A stretch of DNA of 63,910 nt, the filler included, from Lama guanicoe (taxonomy: Eukaryota), in NCBI GenBank assembly GCA_013239625.1. It is 80 parts of 78 records of this genome, joined end to end, with 100 filler letters (N's around TTAATTAATTAA, not from the genome) between each part and the next. Parts side by side here need not be neighbours in the genome. Positions count along the whole stretch, not along the records: positions 1 to 765 come from MU056081.1; positions 866 to 1,664 come from PNXV01018326.1; positions 1,765 to 2,473 come from PNXV01018327.1; positions 2,574 to 3,645 come from MU056082.1; positions 3,746 to 4,475 come from PNXV01018333.1; positions 4,576 to 5,489 come from PNXV01018334.1; positions 5,590 to 6,142 come from PNXV01018342.1; positions 6,243 to 7,136 come from MU056086.1; 72 more parts are not named here. One strand, given 5' to 3'. How positions within the stretch are numbered: the stretch's first letter is position 1; each line of letters starts with the position of its first letter. Below are positions 1-12,402 of this stretch, in pieces. The notes under the pieces are model-generated. The model was not told the origin of the DNA. It saw nothing but the letters and a program-made list of their open reading frames with translations, and searched no databases. The position numbers and the translations under genes were made by a program.

Positions 1-528
1 CTGAGGCAGATAGGACACTTCTGTCCTGGTTCCTCAGAAAACTTGCTTCCCCAAGACAAACAAGGAACTGAGATTTGGGCCAGACCAGGGACAGGGCTGT
101 TCCTCTGTCTTCCCGGAGCCAACTTCTGGTGTGCAAACCCGAGGCAGACAGTACAGTGACACAGAGCAGCGAAGTGACCAGCACCCTGAGGGGGAGTGTG
201 GCCCCTCACTTTTTGGGCTGGACNNNNNNNNNNNNNNNNNNNNNNNNNNNNNNNNNNNNNNNNNNNNNNNNNNNNNNNNNNNNNNNNNNNNNNNNNNNNN
301 NNNNNNNNNNNNNNNNNNNNNNNNNNNNNNNNNNNNNNNNNNNNNNNNNNNNNNNNNNNNNNNNNNNNNNNNNNNNNNNNNNNNNNNNNNNNNNNNNNNN
401 NNNNNNNNNNNNNNNNNNNNNNNNNNNNNNNNNNNNNNNNNNNNNNNNNNNNNNNNNNNNNNNNNNNNNNNNNNNNNNNNNNNNNNNNNNNNNNNNNNNN
501 NNNNNNNNNNNNNNNNNNNNNNNNNNNN

Positions 529-765
529 AAAGTTTTAATTTTAACTGTTCCATTTTTTATTAACCTCTTAATTTTTACTTCTAAGGCAATTATATACACA
601 CCCATTTTAATCCCTTTGAAATTTTTAAAAAATAATTTTATTATTATTGTTTTTCAAAACTCTGCTTCAACTTGGTCTTCTATTATGAATTATACAATGT
701 CTTCAAACTTTTTTTAAATCCCTTCTTTAAAATTCTCTGTGTCTCTCTCTCTTTTTTTTTCTAAG
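529..765 (+). mobile_element. Diverged L1 5'UTR fragment (pyrimidine-rich 3' part)
   Basis: Shares 'ctcttaatttttacttct' with 7801 (the 63609 copy keeps 'aatttttacttct' after the gap) and 'ctctgcttcaac...tcttctattat' with the L1-5'UTR-like fragments at 7237-8001 and 63108-63910. Confidence 0.5.
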
Positions 766-865
766 NNNNNNNNNNNNNNNNNNNNNNNNNNNNNNNNNNN
801 NNNNNNNNNTTAATTAATTAANNNNNNNNNNNNNNNNNNNNNNNNNNNNNNNNNNNNNNNNNNNN
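766..865. other. Artificial scaffold-joining linker N44-TTAATTAATTAA-N44 (first of 79 copies; last at 63008-63107)
   Basis: The same 100-bp structure recurs between unrelated fragments. The 12-mer (810-821, 1709-1720, ... 63052-63063) is palindromic, puts TAA in all six frames, and is always flanked by 44 N on each side. Confidence 0.98.
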
Positions 866-1039
866 ATTAAAGCCTTTCAGAGATTACAAGTTGCTGGAAT
901 CAGCCCAGTCTCTTTACTGTGCCTGTTTGTCAGACAATGGGATAAATTTCCTTGGAAGAAAGATAACATAATCCTGAACATCTACATTTTCATAAATAAC
1001 ATTACACATTCAGTAAAATAGTACAAGACATGCCAGGAA

Positions 1040-1664
1040 ACAGCATTCTAAACAAAAACTGACAATAGAAACAGATCCACAGTTAAGCTAGATGCCAGGA
1101 TTAAGAGACATGGATTTTTAACAATCCTGATTAATACATTCAAGAAAAATCGATGTCAAGAAGGGAATTTAACCAGAGAAGTAAAGTCTATAAAAGCATC
1201 AAGTGGAATTTCTACAACTAAAGAATGTAACAACTGAAATTAGGGTCTAAATAGAAGGTTTATTCACCTATTGGACATAACAAAAAGGAGGATTTGTTAA
1301 CTGATTAAGTCAGTTAAAATATTCAAATTGAAGGACAGAGAGCAGAAAGTTGAAGAATGCAGGAAAGTCACATAAGAGATACATGCACATGGAGAAAAGA
1401 TCCAACATATACACAGTTGGAATTAGAGAACAAATGGAGGGAGATAATAGACGAAACAGTATTTGAAAAAACGATAGCTGAGCTCCGCCCACCACCAAAC
1501 TGATGAAAGATATCAAAGAAGTACTACAAACTCCAAGCTGGATAAGTTCAAAAGAAGCCACAATTAGCCTCATGGTTGTACATTTCTGCAAGCCAAAATC
1601 TTAAGAGCATCCAGGGAAAACTGACACCTTTAAAGGAGCATCAATCAGACTGATAGCTGTTTTC
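1040..1664 (+). mobile_element. Ancient L1 ORF1 remnant
   Basis: A-rich, stop-riddled sequence with typical L1 ORF1 landmarks ('tccaacatatacacagttggaat', 'atttgaaaaaacgatagctgag', 'aaaatcttaagagcatccaggg', 'atcagactgatagctgttttc'). Confidence 0.65.
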
Positions 1665-2129
1665 NNNNNNNNNNNNNNNNNNNNNNNNNNNNNNNNNNNN
1701 NNNNNNNNTTAATTAATTAANNNNNNNNNNNNNNNNNNNNNNNNNNNNNNNNNNNNNNNNNNNNTGCGTAACCATTCATTAACAGCACGCAGAAGTGTCA
1801 TCAGCAGTTGAACAGTCTGCCTCAGCCAGACCCTCACAAGGTGGTCTCAGCTCAGGCTCTGGTGGGTGGCCCAGCCAAGGCCTCTGGGCACCGATCCGAG
1901 GCGCCTGGTCTGGGAGCGCAGCTGTGACTGTACACGTGGCTGACTGGGGTTGACAGGGAAGCCGAGATTGTTACCGCAGCTCCCTCCGGGACCTGTGGGA
2001 CACTGGCAGAGTGCCACGTCTGGCGTGGGGCGGGCAGTTTCCTCCCAGGAGGTCTGCCAGGCAAAGCCTGTGGTTGGACCCGAAAGATCACACACAGGAT
2101 TTGGCCTGGAGCTGTATCCCTTAATATGA

Positions 2130-2370
2130 CAACTCTGTGTTCAACTTTTTAAGAACTGCCTAACTGTTTTCCAATAGGCTGCACCATTTTACATTCCCAT
2201 CAGCAGTGTATGAGGATTCCAATCTCTCATCTTTTTTTTAAACAACTTTATGATTCCTGTACAGTAAACTACACATATTTCAGATGTACAGCTTGATGAA
2301 TTTTGACAGATGTCTACACCTATGAAACCATCGCCACAATCAGGATAGCTAGCATTTCCATCACTCCCTG
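2130..2370 (-). mobile_element. Old L1 3' end fragments (L1M-type)
   Basis: 'tttttaagaactgcctaactgttttccaataggctgcaccattttacattcccatcagcagtgtatgagg' and 'tgtacagcttgatgaattttgac...accacaatc'-like antisense L1 3' motifs. Confidence 0.65.
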
Positions 2371-5300
2371 AGAGGTGTTTATGAAGTTCATTGTTATTTG
2401 TGGCTTAAAGTAAAATACTTAGTTGTGCTGCTCAGCTCACCAAGCCTGAGAGTATTCACAGACACTTTTTAATNNNNNNNNNNNNNNNNNNNNNNNNNNN
2501 NNNNNNNNNNNNNNNNNTTAATTAATTAANNNNNNNNNNNNNNNNNNNNNNNNNNNNNNNNNNNNNNNNNNNNACATTATGAGAATGCCAAATTCATGAC
2601 AAGTCAGAGTCAAGACCCCAGAATATTTGCTGAATGAGATTTCAATGTGCTCCGCAGAGAACTTTAAACCCTTAGGACACAGTCATGGAAAAATAGGCAT
2701 TTTCTTTCTTTCCTCCAAGTTGGCTTTGCTGGAGAACTCCATAGACACAGGAAGACTCTGGATCCCACCTCTATTACTTACACAAAGGGCTCATCACGTG
2801 GAGAGGGAGCAGCGCTGGTGCGACCGGCTCCAATGTGACCACTCCCGTGCCCAGCTCCCCGAGGAGCAGAGCTCCCACCATAGGAGCAGAGACAACCAGG
2901 AGCAGAGATCCCCCCACGGACACTGCAGTGCCTACAAGAATCAGGAGTCTGATGAGTGAGCCTGGGGCGGGCAAGACAGGAAGCAAGCACCGCTCCCTCA
3001 AGCTCTGCAGGTGATCTCTGTGTCATCTTGAATAAATAGAGTCAGCATTAAAGATGTTTGACAAGAGGGTAAAAGGTAAGGCCTCCCCAAATCTCCACGG
3101 ATTCCTTTAGTGGGAGTCCTGTTAGAACACATGGTGACAGACGCTGGCATTACATGCACATGTTGCCCTCAGGGCTGCAGGGGAGGCCACGGTGCTGCCT
3201 CTTCCCCACCTCCTTCCCTCATCCCCCAGAACTCACAGGGGCCACTGACACGTTTCTCTGACTTTCTCTCCTTGGTATTGCTGCTCTTCTAGCTTTTAAG
3301 AGCTCATAAACACCTCACCAGAAAATCTTTAACAATGAATCCAAATCAAATGAAATCAACCACAGATACACACTGCCTTCATCATTACTTTTCATTTTAG
3401 GACGAAATTCTTGAAGANNNNNNNNNNNNNNNNNNNNNNNNNNNNNNNNNNNNNNNNNNNNNNNNNNNNNNNNNNNNNNNNNNNNNNNNNNNNNNNNNNN
3501 NNNNNNNNNNNNNNNNNNNNNNNNNNNNNNNNNNNNNCCGCCCCAATATGCCCCTCCCAATTCAATTCATCAGAACTCGACTGAAGGAGACGGCTATGCA
3601 AATTTATTGGAAGCCAAAGAAATTGCTCCAGAAACAGTCTCCCGANNNNNNNNNNNNNNNNNNNNNNNNNNNNNNNNNNNNNNNNNNNNTTAATTAATTA
3701 ANNNNNNNNNNNNNNNNNNNNNNNNNNNNNNNNNNNNNNNNNNNNAGCTCACATTCTCAAATCACTTCCAATTCTAATTTCCCTGAAACACACAGAAAAT
3801 ACACACCTTAACTTGACCCTAAATGTGTCACCATATCATATTGTCTCAACAACAAAGTTGTCAAAGTACATTAAAAGGGTTGTCAAGTTTTGCCACAAAT
3901 TTAGAGGAACAAAATTAATATAAAACTATAATTTACTAAAATCTCTTGCAGACTTATTAAAAAGCAAGTGTGTGAGAAGATGATGGAGTGGGAAATGCTC
4001 AATTCAAGATATAATTTTAAATGGAAAAATCATGATCTTAAGTATAATAAGAACTTATAAAAAGAAGGGACTGGATATTAGCAATATTATCTCATTATAA
4101 AATTAGCAATTTCATATTTTTTATATTTGACATATTTTCCTATATTTGGTATGCAGTGTTGCATAATCAGAAAAATAATCAATGTTCTTTCCAAAACACA
4201 GAATTTAAAAGCCCATTCATAATAAAGATTGTGAATTGATACCAAGGGGTTATTTATAGCAGAGGAGTCTGAATAGCACATGTAAAGTCAATTTTACAAT
4301 TTCAAAATAAAATATTACCAACTCCCTTCAAGAAGACAGTTAGCAACAGTCATCCAACAAAATGGTTAACACTGTCTGGGTCATCTTGAACCTAATCTTT
4401 TTATTCGATGCTTTTCATGTCTAATTCATTGGTTTCCACTTGCAAGACCACAATATAACAAACACTACACTTGAANNNNNNNNNNNNNNNNNNNNNNNNN
4501 NNNNNNNNNNNNNNNNNNNTTAATTAATTAANNNNNNNNNNNNNNNNNNNNNNNNNNNNNNNNNNNNNNNNNNNNACAGACACAGAACTGAGTCTGAAGG
4601 GAACTGGCCAGGGGGACGATGAAGATTCTATCTGAGGCGACCCTCAGATTTCTATTACAATAATAAGGATCTGACTCGGCTTGATGGGGCGGAGTAATAC
4701 TCTGGGGCCAACTTTAGAACAGAAGATGGTCCAGAAGTAACAGTCAGACAGGTAAAGGTCACTTATGCATACAACCAGACAATTGTTAAGCGTCTGCTTT
4801 GCACTGGGCATCGCTCTGGGCACTGAACAGCTGTAAAGTAAGCTTAAAAAGCCCCTACTTTTGTGGAGTTTTCCTTTTGGTGGGGAAGAGAGACAACAAA
4901 GAAACAAGGCAGCAGGCACACGTATTATGTTAGGGGTGGTGGGGTCCATGAACTCTGCAAAGCGGGCAAGTGCTGGGAGGCTGGGGGGCATCAGGGCGCC
5001 CCGGTAACACAGAGCTCCAATCTCAGCAGCGACCCAGAGGAAGGGAGGGAGCGTGTATCAGAGGGAAGAGAATGGGGTGGGGGGAAGGGGAGGAGAGACG
5101 GGCCAGAGGGAGGGTGCTTGCTGGGACGCACAGGGGCTCCCTGTGGCTGGGGTGGAGGGGGCAGAGAGCACGGGTGAGGTCAGCTGCGACAAGCCCTGTG
5201 GGGACTCCAAAGGGATAAGGACTTTCATTACACTCCTCCTACCTGGCTAGCTGGAGCACTTCTTTCTGACTTTCTTTGAGAAATTATTATATAACATTAT

Positions 5301-6532
5301 CAACTTAAAAATAGAATATTACCAACTTAAAAATATGAATGAAAAAAATGCTTGTAATTTTATCATCTGACGTGGCCTTTTTTAGTTTACTGTGTTCTTG
5401 TCCAGCCTTTTTTCACATCTACACCTATTTTTATGTCTTATCTGATAGTTATAAACAGTTGCACATTTTGTTTTCCTAAGCTTCAGATCNNNNNNNNNNN
5501 NNNNNNNNNNNNNNNNNNNNNNNNNNNNNNNNNTTAATTAATTAANNNNNNNNNNNNNNNNNNNNNNNNNNNNNNNNNNNNNNNNNNNNGATTTTATATG
5601 AAAATATAAAATGGAATATATAGAGAAAGTTAAAAAAAAAGGCTAGTATTACCTGTCTTTGGATATATATAGGTCATTTATACACATAAATAATATTTAT
5701 ATAATATGCATGTAATTTGAAGGATAGCTTTTAAAAATACTCCAGGAAACTAACTGTATGTTTAGAGTTACCCATTTTTTTCTATTTTTAAACACAAACT
5801 ATGTAAAACTGAAATATCTTATACTTTGAATTTTTGTATTTTATTTCTTTGCTTTTCACTTCTTGCATACATCAATACATTTTGAGTGAAAAAATAGTAT
5901 CTGAAAAAACAACTTGCAGAGGTTTTGAGAAAATCAAATGGGTATAGCATACAGAACAGAAATAATTGAAAACTATATAATCGTGCAGTAGTAGTGGATG
6001 GTAAGTGAGGGGAATGTAAATGATGGTTATGACAATGATATTGATAAAGATGCTGAAATGTACAGCTTCCCTTCAATGGCACTTTATACTCAAGCATACA
6101 CTGTTTTTATGTTTTCTCTCATTGATAGCTTGTAATATACCANNNNNNNNNNNNNNNNNNNNNNNNNNNNNNNNNNNNNNNNNNNNTTAATTAATTAANN
6201 NNNNNNNNNNNNNNNNNNNNNNNNNNNNNNNNNNNNNNNNNNTCTGTCTAATTTCCAAAATAATATTTAATAAAAGCTACTTCATACGCAAAGCTAACAA
6301 AAAAAGTAATTGCTGCCTTTCTTCCAGATAGCCTGCAATGAGTTCAAGAGTTGAATTATGGAAAATTAACTGGATAAATCAAGTTGGAAGTAGATTTGCC
6401 ACTGGTGCAGCATTTAGCCTCTAATGAAGAGAGCCAGAAGCAGCCTTTCAATGGAATCTCAAAGTACGCTCAGTTCTTTACTGGTTTCTAGGATCAGGAA
6501 GAGCAGTACTACCTTTCTCTACCTAAAAATGA

Positions 6533-7136
6533 ATGTGGAGGAGTAGGAGGAGGTGGAGGAGGAGGAGGAAGAGGTGTAGGAGGAAGAGGAGGTGGAGGAG
6601 GAGGAGGTGAAGGAGGTGGAGGTCCAGGAGGAGGAGGAGATGGAGGTGGATGAGGAGGAGGAGGTGGAGGAGTAGGTGGAGGAGGAGGAGGAGGTGGANN
6701 NNNNNNNNNNNNNNNNNNNNNNNNNNNNNNNNNNNNNNNNNNNNNNNNNNNNNNNNNNNNNNNNNNNNNNNNNNNNNNNNNNNNNNNNNNNNNNNNNNNN
6801 NNNNNNNNNNNNNNNNNNNNNNNNNNNNNNNNNNNNNNNNNNNNNNNNNNNNNNNNNNNNNNNNNNNNNNNNNNNNNNNNNNNNNNNNNNNNNNNNNNNN
6901 NNNNNNNNNNNNNNNNNNNNNNNNNNNNNNNNNNNNNNNNNNNNNNNNNNNNNNNNNNNNNNNNNNNGAGGAGGAGGAGGTGTAGGAGGGGAATGTGGAT
7001 GAGGAGAATGTGGAGGAGGAGAATGTGGAGGAGGAGGTGGAGGAGGAGGTGGAGGAAGTCGAGGAGGAGGTGGAGGAGGAGGTGGAAGAGGAGGTGGGGG
7101 AGGAGGAGGAGGAGGTGGAGGAGGAGGAGGTGGAGG
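6533..7136 (+). repeat. (GGA)n / (GAG)n purine-rich simple repeat with internal gap
   Basis: Imperfect GAG GAG GTG repeats directly visible, with several in-register TAG codons. Confidence 0.95.
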
Positions 7137-7236
7137 NNNNNNNNNNNNNNNNNNNNNNNNNNNNNNNNNNNNNNNNNNNNTTAATTAATTAANNNNNNNN
7201 NNNNNNNNNNNNNNNNNNNNNNNNNNNNNNNNNNNN

Positions 7237-8001
7237 CTTGCTCCACAAAGACAAACAAGCAGCTGGGTCTTGGCTCAGAGCAGGGGCGAGGCTGCCCCTC
7301 GGTCTTCCCCGAGCCCACAGGCGGAGCGCTGACCAGGGCGGAGCGCGCAGCCGCACAGAGCAGTGGAGCTAAGGGCGGCGCAGGCAGAGGGAGAGCGGCC
7401 CCCCGCCTGTCGGGCAGGAACACAGCCCCTGACCGAGGTGCTGGGAGGGGGCACGACCCGCCCTCCTGCCTGGCCAGTCTGCAACATCTGACTGCGGCAT
7501 CCGGAGGGGCAGGGACCCGCCCGCCCACAGCAGAGGAGAGCTGCACCTGACCCCGTGTTAGCAGGACGCGCGATCTGCTTGCCGACCTGCTGTCTCAGGT
7601 GCTGGGAGCAGCACAGAAGAGGGCGCCAATGGAGGGCCTCTGAAAACAAGCTGAGCTTCCAAAACAGAACGAAGACAGAAGGACTTCACATTAAAAGCAC
7701 ACAGACTCCAGGAGGACACCGACAACCCCCTTTTTTTGTTGTTGTTTTGTTTTGTTTTGTTTTTTTAAATCTGTTTTTACCTGTTCTATTTTCAATTACT
7801 CTCTTAATTTTTACTTCTTAATTCATTTCTATTTCTCTTGGGTTTTGATGTCCTGTTATTGATTAGACANNNNNNNNNNNNNNNNNNNNNNACTTCTTTT
7901 CCCCCCCCCCTTTTTTTTTTTTAAAGGTTTTAAAAGGATGTCTCAACCCGAATAATACTCTGCTTCAACTCGTTCTTCTATTATTCATTATACACTGTTT
8001 T
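7237..8001 (+). mobile_element. Young lineage-specific L1 5'UTR (CpG-rich part followed by T-rich part)
   Basis: CpG-rich segment followed by a T-rich tract, highly similar to 63108-63910 (e.g. 'gcacgacccgccctcctgcctggccagtctgcaacatctgactgcggcatccggaggggcag'). This layout is typical of an L1 promoter; the family assignment is inferred. Confidence 0.65.
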
Positions 8002-8101
8002 NNNNNNNNNNNNNNNNNNNNNNNNNNNNNNNNNNNNNNNNNNNNTTAATTAATTAANNNNNNNNNNNNNNNNNNNNNNNNNNNNNNNNNNNNNNNNNNN
8101 N

Positions 8102-8822
8102 TATTCTGTATTCTATATTCTAAATTCGGTGTTCTAATTTCCATGTTCTTTATTCTGGGTTCTATATTTTCTCTTCTATATTCTATACTTTGGGTTCATC
8201 ATTCTATATTCTATATTCTATATTCTGCATTCCGTAGTCTATATTCTATTTTCTATGTCCTACATTCTATATTCTATATTCTATATTCAGTATTCTGTAT
8301 TCTATATTCTAAATTCTGTGTTCTGCATTCCATGTTCTAAATTCTCGGTTCTATATTCTCTATNNNNNNNNNNNNNNNNNNNNNNNNNNNNNNNNNNNNN
8401 TATTCAGTACATTCTATATTCTAAATTCTGTGTTCAACATTCTATATTCGAAATTCTATATTCAGTATTCTGTTCTCTATATTCTAAATTCTGTGTTCTA
8501 CATTCGATATTCTAAATTCTATTTTCAGTTGTATGTGTTCTAAATTCTAAATTCTGTGTTCTAAATTCCATATTCTAAATTCTGGGTTCTATATACTCTA
8601 TTCTATTTTCTATATTCTGTGTTCAACATTCGATATTCTAAATACCCTATTCAGCATTCTGTGTTCTATATTCTAAATTCTGTGTTCTAAATTCTATATT
8701 GTAAATTCTATTTTCAGTTGTTTGTACTTTATATACTTAATTCAGTGTACTGCATTCCATGTTCTAAATTCTGGTGTTCTGTATTCTGTTTTCCATATTC
8801 TATATTCTGTGTTCTACATTCA
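8102..8822 (+). repeat. Heptamer-based AT-rich satellite (ATTCTAT/GTTCTAA/ATTCTGT)n
   Basis: 7-bp periodicity; landmark 'ccatgttct' at 8141 and 8330 (189 bp apart). Confidence 0.95.
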
Positions 8823-9522
8823 NNNNNNNNNNNNNNNNNNNNNNNNNNNNNNNNNNNNNNNNNNNNTTAATTAATTAANNNNNNNNNNNNNNNNNNNNNN
8901 NNNNNNNNNNNNNNNNNNNNNNACTTTGGCATCCATTGATGGTTTTTTTCCTGCAAAAGTTATTACAGTGGCATATGCCAAAAAAAGATTTTCTATTTCC
9001 ATTATTTTCATACATGTATTAATTGGAAATACTACTAATTGCTTAAAGGAATTCTGGATTTTATTTCCCACTCTACTGTGGCTTGATGATAACAATGACT
9101 AAATTTGAAAATAATACTGAGTTTTAGGTTTTGTTTCCTCTCTGTTTTGGGGTAGCTATTATTAGCCTTACTTTGTTTTATTTGTGATTAAGGCCATATG
9201 TGTTGTGATTAATTTTGTAGGGAAGTATTAAGGCTATTCCATCTTCTTTCTACCTGTCTTTTCCTCTTTGTCTCTAAAACTTTTTATTAAAACCATACTA
9301 CCTTTCTATTTTCCACTTTTTTTCCTTCTATCATCTTTCATGTGGAAGATACTAACCATAATGTAGAAGCTTTGGTTGTGCTACTATTTGAAGAGAAGTA
9401 AATTAATTAACAGAAGAGAAGANNNNNNNNNNNNNNNNNNNNNNNNNNNNNNNNNNNNNNNNNNNNTTAATTAATTAANNNNNNNNNNNNNNNNNNNNNN
9501 NNNNNNNNNNNNNNNNNNNNNN

Positions 9523-10381
9523 ACAATTTTGTTTCTTCCGTTACATGTCCATTGGGTATCTTTTCAATTCTCCAAATTTTTTTTATTTCCTCAATCAATG
9601 TTTTCTAGTTATCCCTGTATAAGATATTCACCTCCTTGGTTAGATTTTTTCTTAAGCATTTAGTAGTTTTGGGTGCAGTTATAAAAGCGGTTGTTTCTAT
9701 ATTTGTTTTCCTGTTGATTGAATGGTAGTGTAAAGAAATGCTATTAGTTTCTGTACATTACTCTGGGTACCTTGCCCAGTTCCTTTTTTAGCCTAAGTAC
9801 TTATTAGTGAAGCTTTTACAGTTTTCTATACAGTTTTCTTTATATAGTGTCATGTCTGTGTATCGTGGCAAATTTACCTCTTCTTTTCCAGTCTGAAACA
9901 TTTTATTTCTTTCTCTTGCCTGATCTTTGTGGCTAGCACTTCTGAGACTATATTGAATTGAAATTGTGAGAATGGGCAACCTTGTCTTGTCTCAGGATTT
10001 TTGGGAAGGGTTTCAGTTTTTCACCATTGAGATTTTTGCTGGCTATATGTTGGTCATAAATAGCTTTCATAATGTTGAGATATGGTCCCTCTATGCCCAC
10101 TGTGATAAGAACTTTTATTGCAAATAGGTGTTAAATATTATGAAATGCTTTTTCTGTATCTACTGAGATGATCATGTGGTTTTTTGTCCTGCTTTGTTGA
10201 TATGGTGTATCACAATTGATTGATTGATTTGCATATGTTCAACCATCCTTGTGTTCCTGGTATGAACCTAACTTGACCATGGTGTGTAATCTCTTTTTAC
10301 ATGCTGTTGGATTCTGTTTGTTAATAATTTCATAAAGAATTTTATATCTATGTTTATCAATGATATTGGCCTATTGTTGTC
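9523..10381 (-). mobile_element. L1 ORF2 reverse-transcriptase region, degenerate
   Basis: Antisense L1 ORF2 motifs ('accttgtcttgtctcaggatttt', 'tactgagatgatcatgtgg', 'atgatattggcct'); the minus-strand peptide [18 protein letters not shown] is a decayed IGKEEVKLSLFADDMILY. Confidence 0.9.
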
Positions 10382-11468
10382 NNNNNNNNNNNNNNNNNNN
10401 NNNNNNNNNNNNNNNNNNNNNNNNNTTAATTAATTAANNNNNNNNNNNNNNNNNNNNNNNNNNNNNNNNNNNNNNNNNNNNTTGAAATCAGAATGAAAAG
10501 CCTTAGGATCTCTTACATTCATAACCTTTGATGGGATTATGGTTTGGTTTGAAGCACAGGATGCGCAAAAGCTCTGTGGTTGCCTTCGTGCACCCGTGCA
10601 ACAGGGATGAGAGGACAAGGAAGTGTGGTCGAAGTCCACAGCGTGAGAAGAGGAAGCATTTCCTTCAGCACTATCTCCCAAAAGCGGATGCTACATTTTG
10701 GATGGCACCGGCACGGTACAGCACCTAGGACAGCAAGGAAGGTCTGTGGTATCATTCCAGCAGGCCCTGATATGTGACATCCATAGATATGCTTCCACTG
10801 GTGTTTCAGTAGACAGAGAAGCTCTGGGAAGAACTGCTTTCATTGGGACATTCCCGTGGCACTACAAAGCACAAGCGCACTCTCAGTTTGCTGTTTTGGA
10901 GACACTCCAAAATGACATAGAGCAGAATGCAGAGCTGAGAACATTTAGAAGCCTCATTTCCACAAGAGGAACATCCTGCGCACTTTCAGAACTGTGAGAT
11001 AAGCGTAATCAAAATGAAGTTATGCTAATCGAAATAGTATGGGTTGTTCATCACAACAAATGCAACACCAGCAATTGGAGATATACCAGACGACACACAC
11101 AGGAACAGAATATGGCATCAATGTCTAGGAAAAGTTGTCCTCACAGAAATCCCATGGAATTGCGTAGAGCCAAAAGTCTAAAATTTTCACTTAACCATGC
11201 CCTAGAGCTCTATCCTAGATACCTGATATTACCTGACCAGTAGAGTTTAAGAAGTAAAGAAGAAGAAACAGGAAGTACCATTTTCATTTCCAAAGGTATT
11301 GAAAGCCCANNNNNNNNNNNNNNNNNNNNNNNNNNNNNNNNNNNNNNNNNNNNTTAATTAATTAANNNNNNNNNNNNNNNNNNNNNNNNNNNNNNNNNNN
11401 NNNNNNNNNCTTGGCCAGCCTTGTCCTGCTGGTCTGTTTGATGATTTTTAAAAGATAAACACCGTGGG

Positions 11469-11585
11469 TTTTTTAACAGGAGGAGGGGGTAATTAGGTAT
11501 ATTTTTTTAATGGAGGCACTGGGGATTGAACCCAGGACCTTGTGCATGCTAAGTATGTGCTCCACCACTGAGCTATACCCTCCCC
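11469..11585 (-). mobile_element. tRNA-Ala-derived SINE (camelid Vic-1-like)
   Basis: The minus strand reads GGGGAGGGTATAGCTCAGTGGTGGAGCACATACTTAGCATGCACAAGGTCCTGGGTTCAATCCCCAGTGCCTCCA, with Pol III A/B boxes and the 'cctaattacc' tail shared with the copy at 19013. Confidence 0.85.
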
Positions 11586-12109
11586 ACTCTGTTTGATGGT
11601 TTAATCCCAGCCCTCTACCCACACTGAAGGAACAAGCAAGGTATGGATCTTGGTTAGTTTTACACACACTCACACACATACACAGACACTCGCTGTCACT
11701 ACCACCAACAATTAGTCCCTATCAAGGAGCAAGACTAATATTCCAGCTCACTTCCAGGCTAATAGTTCAAATGTCTTAGTACTTGTTGGATCACCTTTTC
11801 TGCCTCCATTTCCACACCAACCAGAAGAAAATGGATAACTGGATCTTTATCGGCAAAACACCTCATTCTCATCCGTGTCTCCCTGATTGTGTCTCACTTT
11901 CTGGAATCACACAAGGGCGCACCCACAAGGGAGATGGGTAGAGTGGTATGGGATGAAGGTGGAGAGGCAGGTTGAGTGTCAAAACTAGCCAGACCCNNNN
12001 NNNNNNNNNNNNNNNNNNNNNNNNNNNNNNNNNNNNNNNNTTAATTAATTAANNNNNNNNNNNNNNNNNNNNNNNNNNNNNNNNNNNNNNNNNNNNGGTC
12101 CAGAGCGGA

Positions 12110-12402
12110 TCGCTGACACGCCGCGGCACGGTGAATCTGCGGAACATCGTGGTGAGTGAGAGAAGCCAAACAAAGGGCACAGGCGGCAAGATTCCACTGG
12201 CATCACTGCTCTAGAACATGCAAAACGCATCCCCGGGGAAAGAAATCACAGCGGGGGTGCCTCTGGAGAGGAGGAGGCTGACGGAAAAGTGGCACGAGGG
12301 GACCGTCTGGGCTGATGGAACCTTCTCCATCCATCCTAACTGGGGCATTGTTACGTGAATGTATAGATTTGCCCCAATTCACTGAACTGTATGCTTAAAA
12401 AG
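12110..12402 (+). mobile_element. Ancient L1ME/L1MD-type 3' end, GC-shifted
   Basis: Collinear landmarks 'gagtgagagaagcca', 'tctagaacatgcaaaac', 'ggcacgagggga..tctgggctgatggaa', 'cactgaactgtatgcttaaaa'. Confidence 0.6.

Noticed and set aside
75..717. Long ORFs containing X runs (here and throughout the window)
   Set aside because: They are open only because N has no stops; many end in the linker (…LIN / …N).
6533..7136. Glu-rich EEEV ORF resembling RPGR-ORF15 or other acidic repeat proteins
   Set aside because: In-register TAG stops interrupt the repeat, there is no unique coding flank, and it is consistent with a simple (GGA)n repeat.
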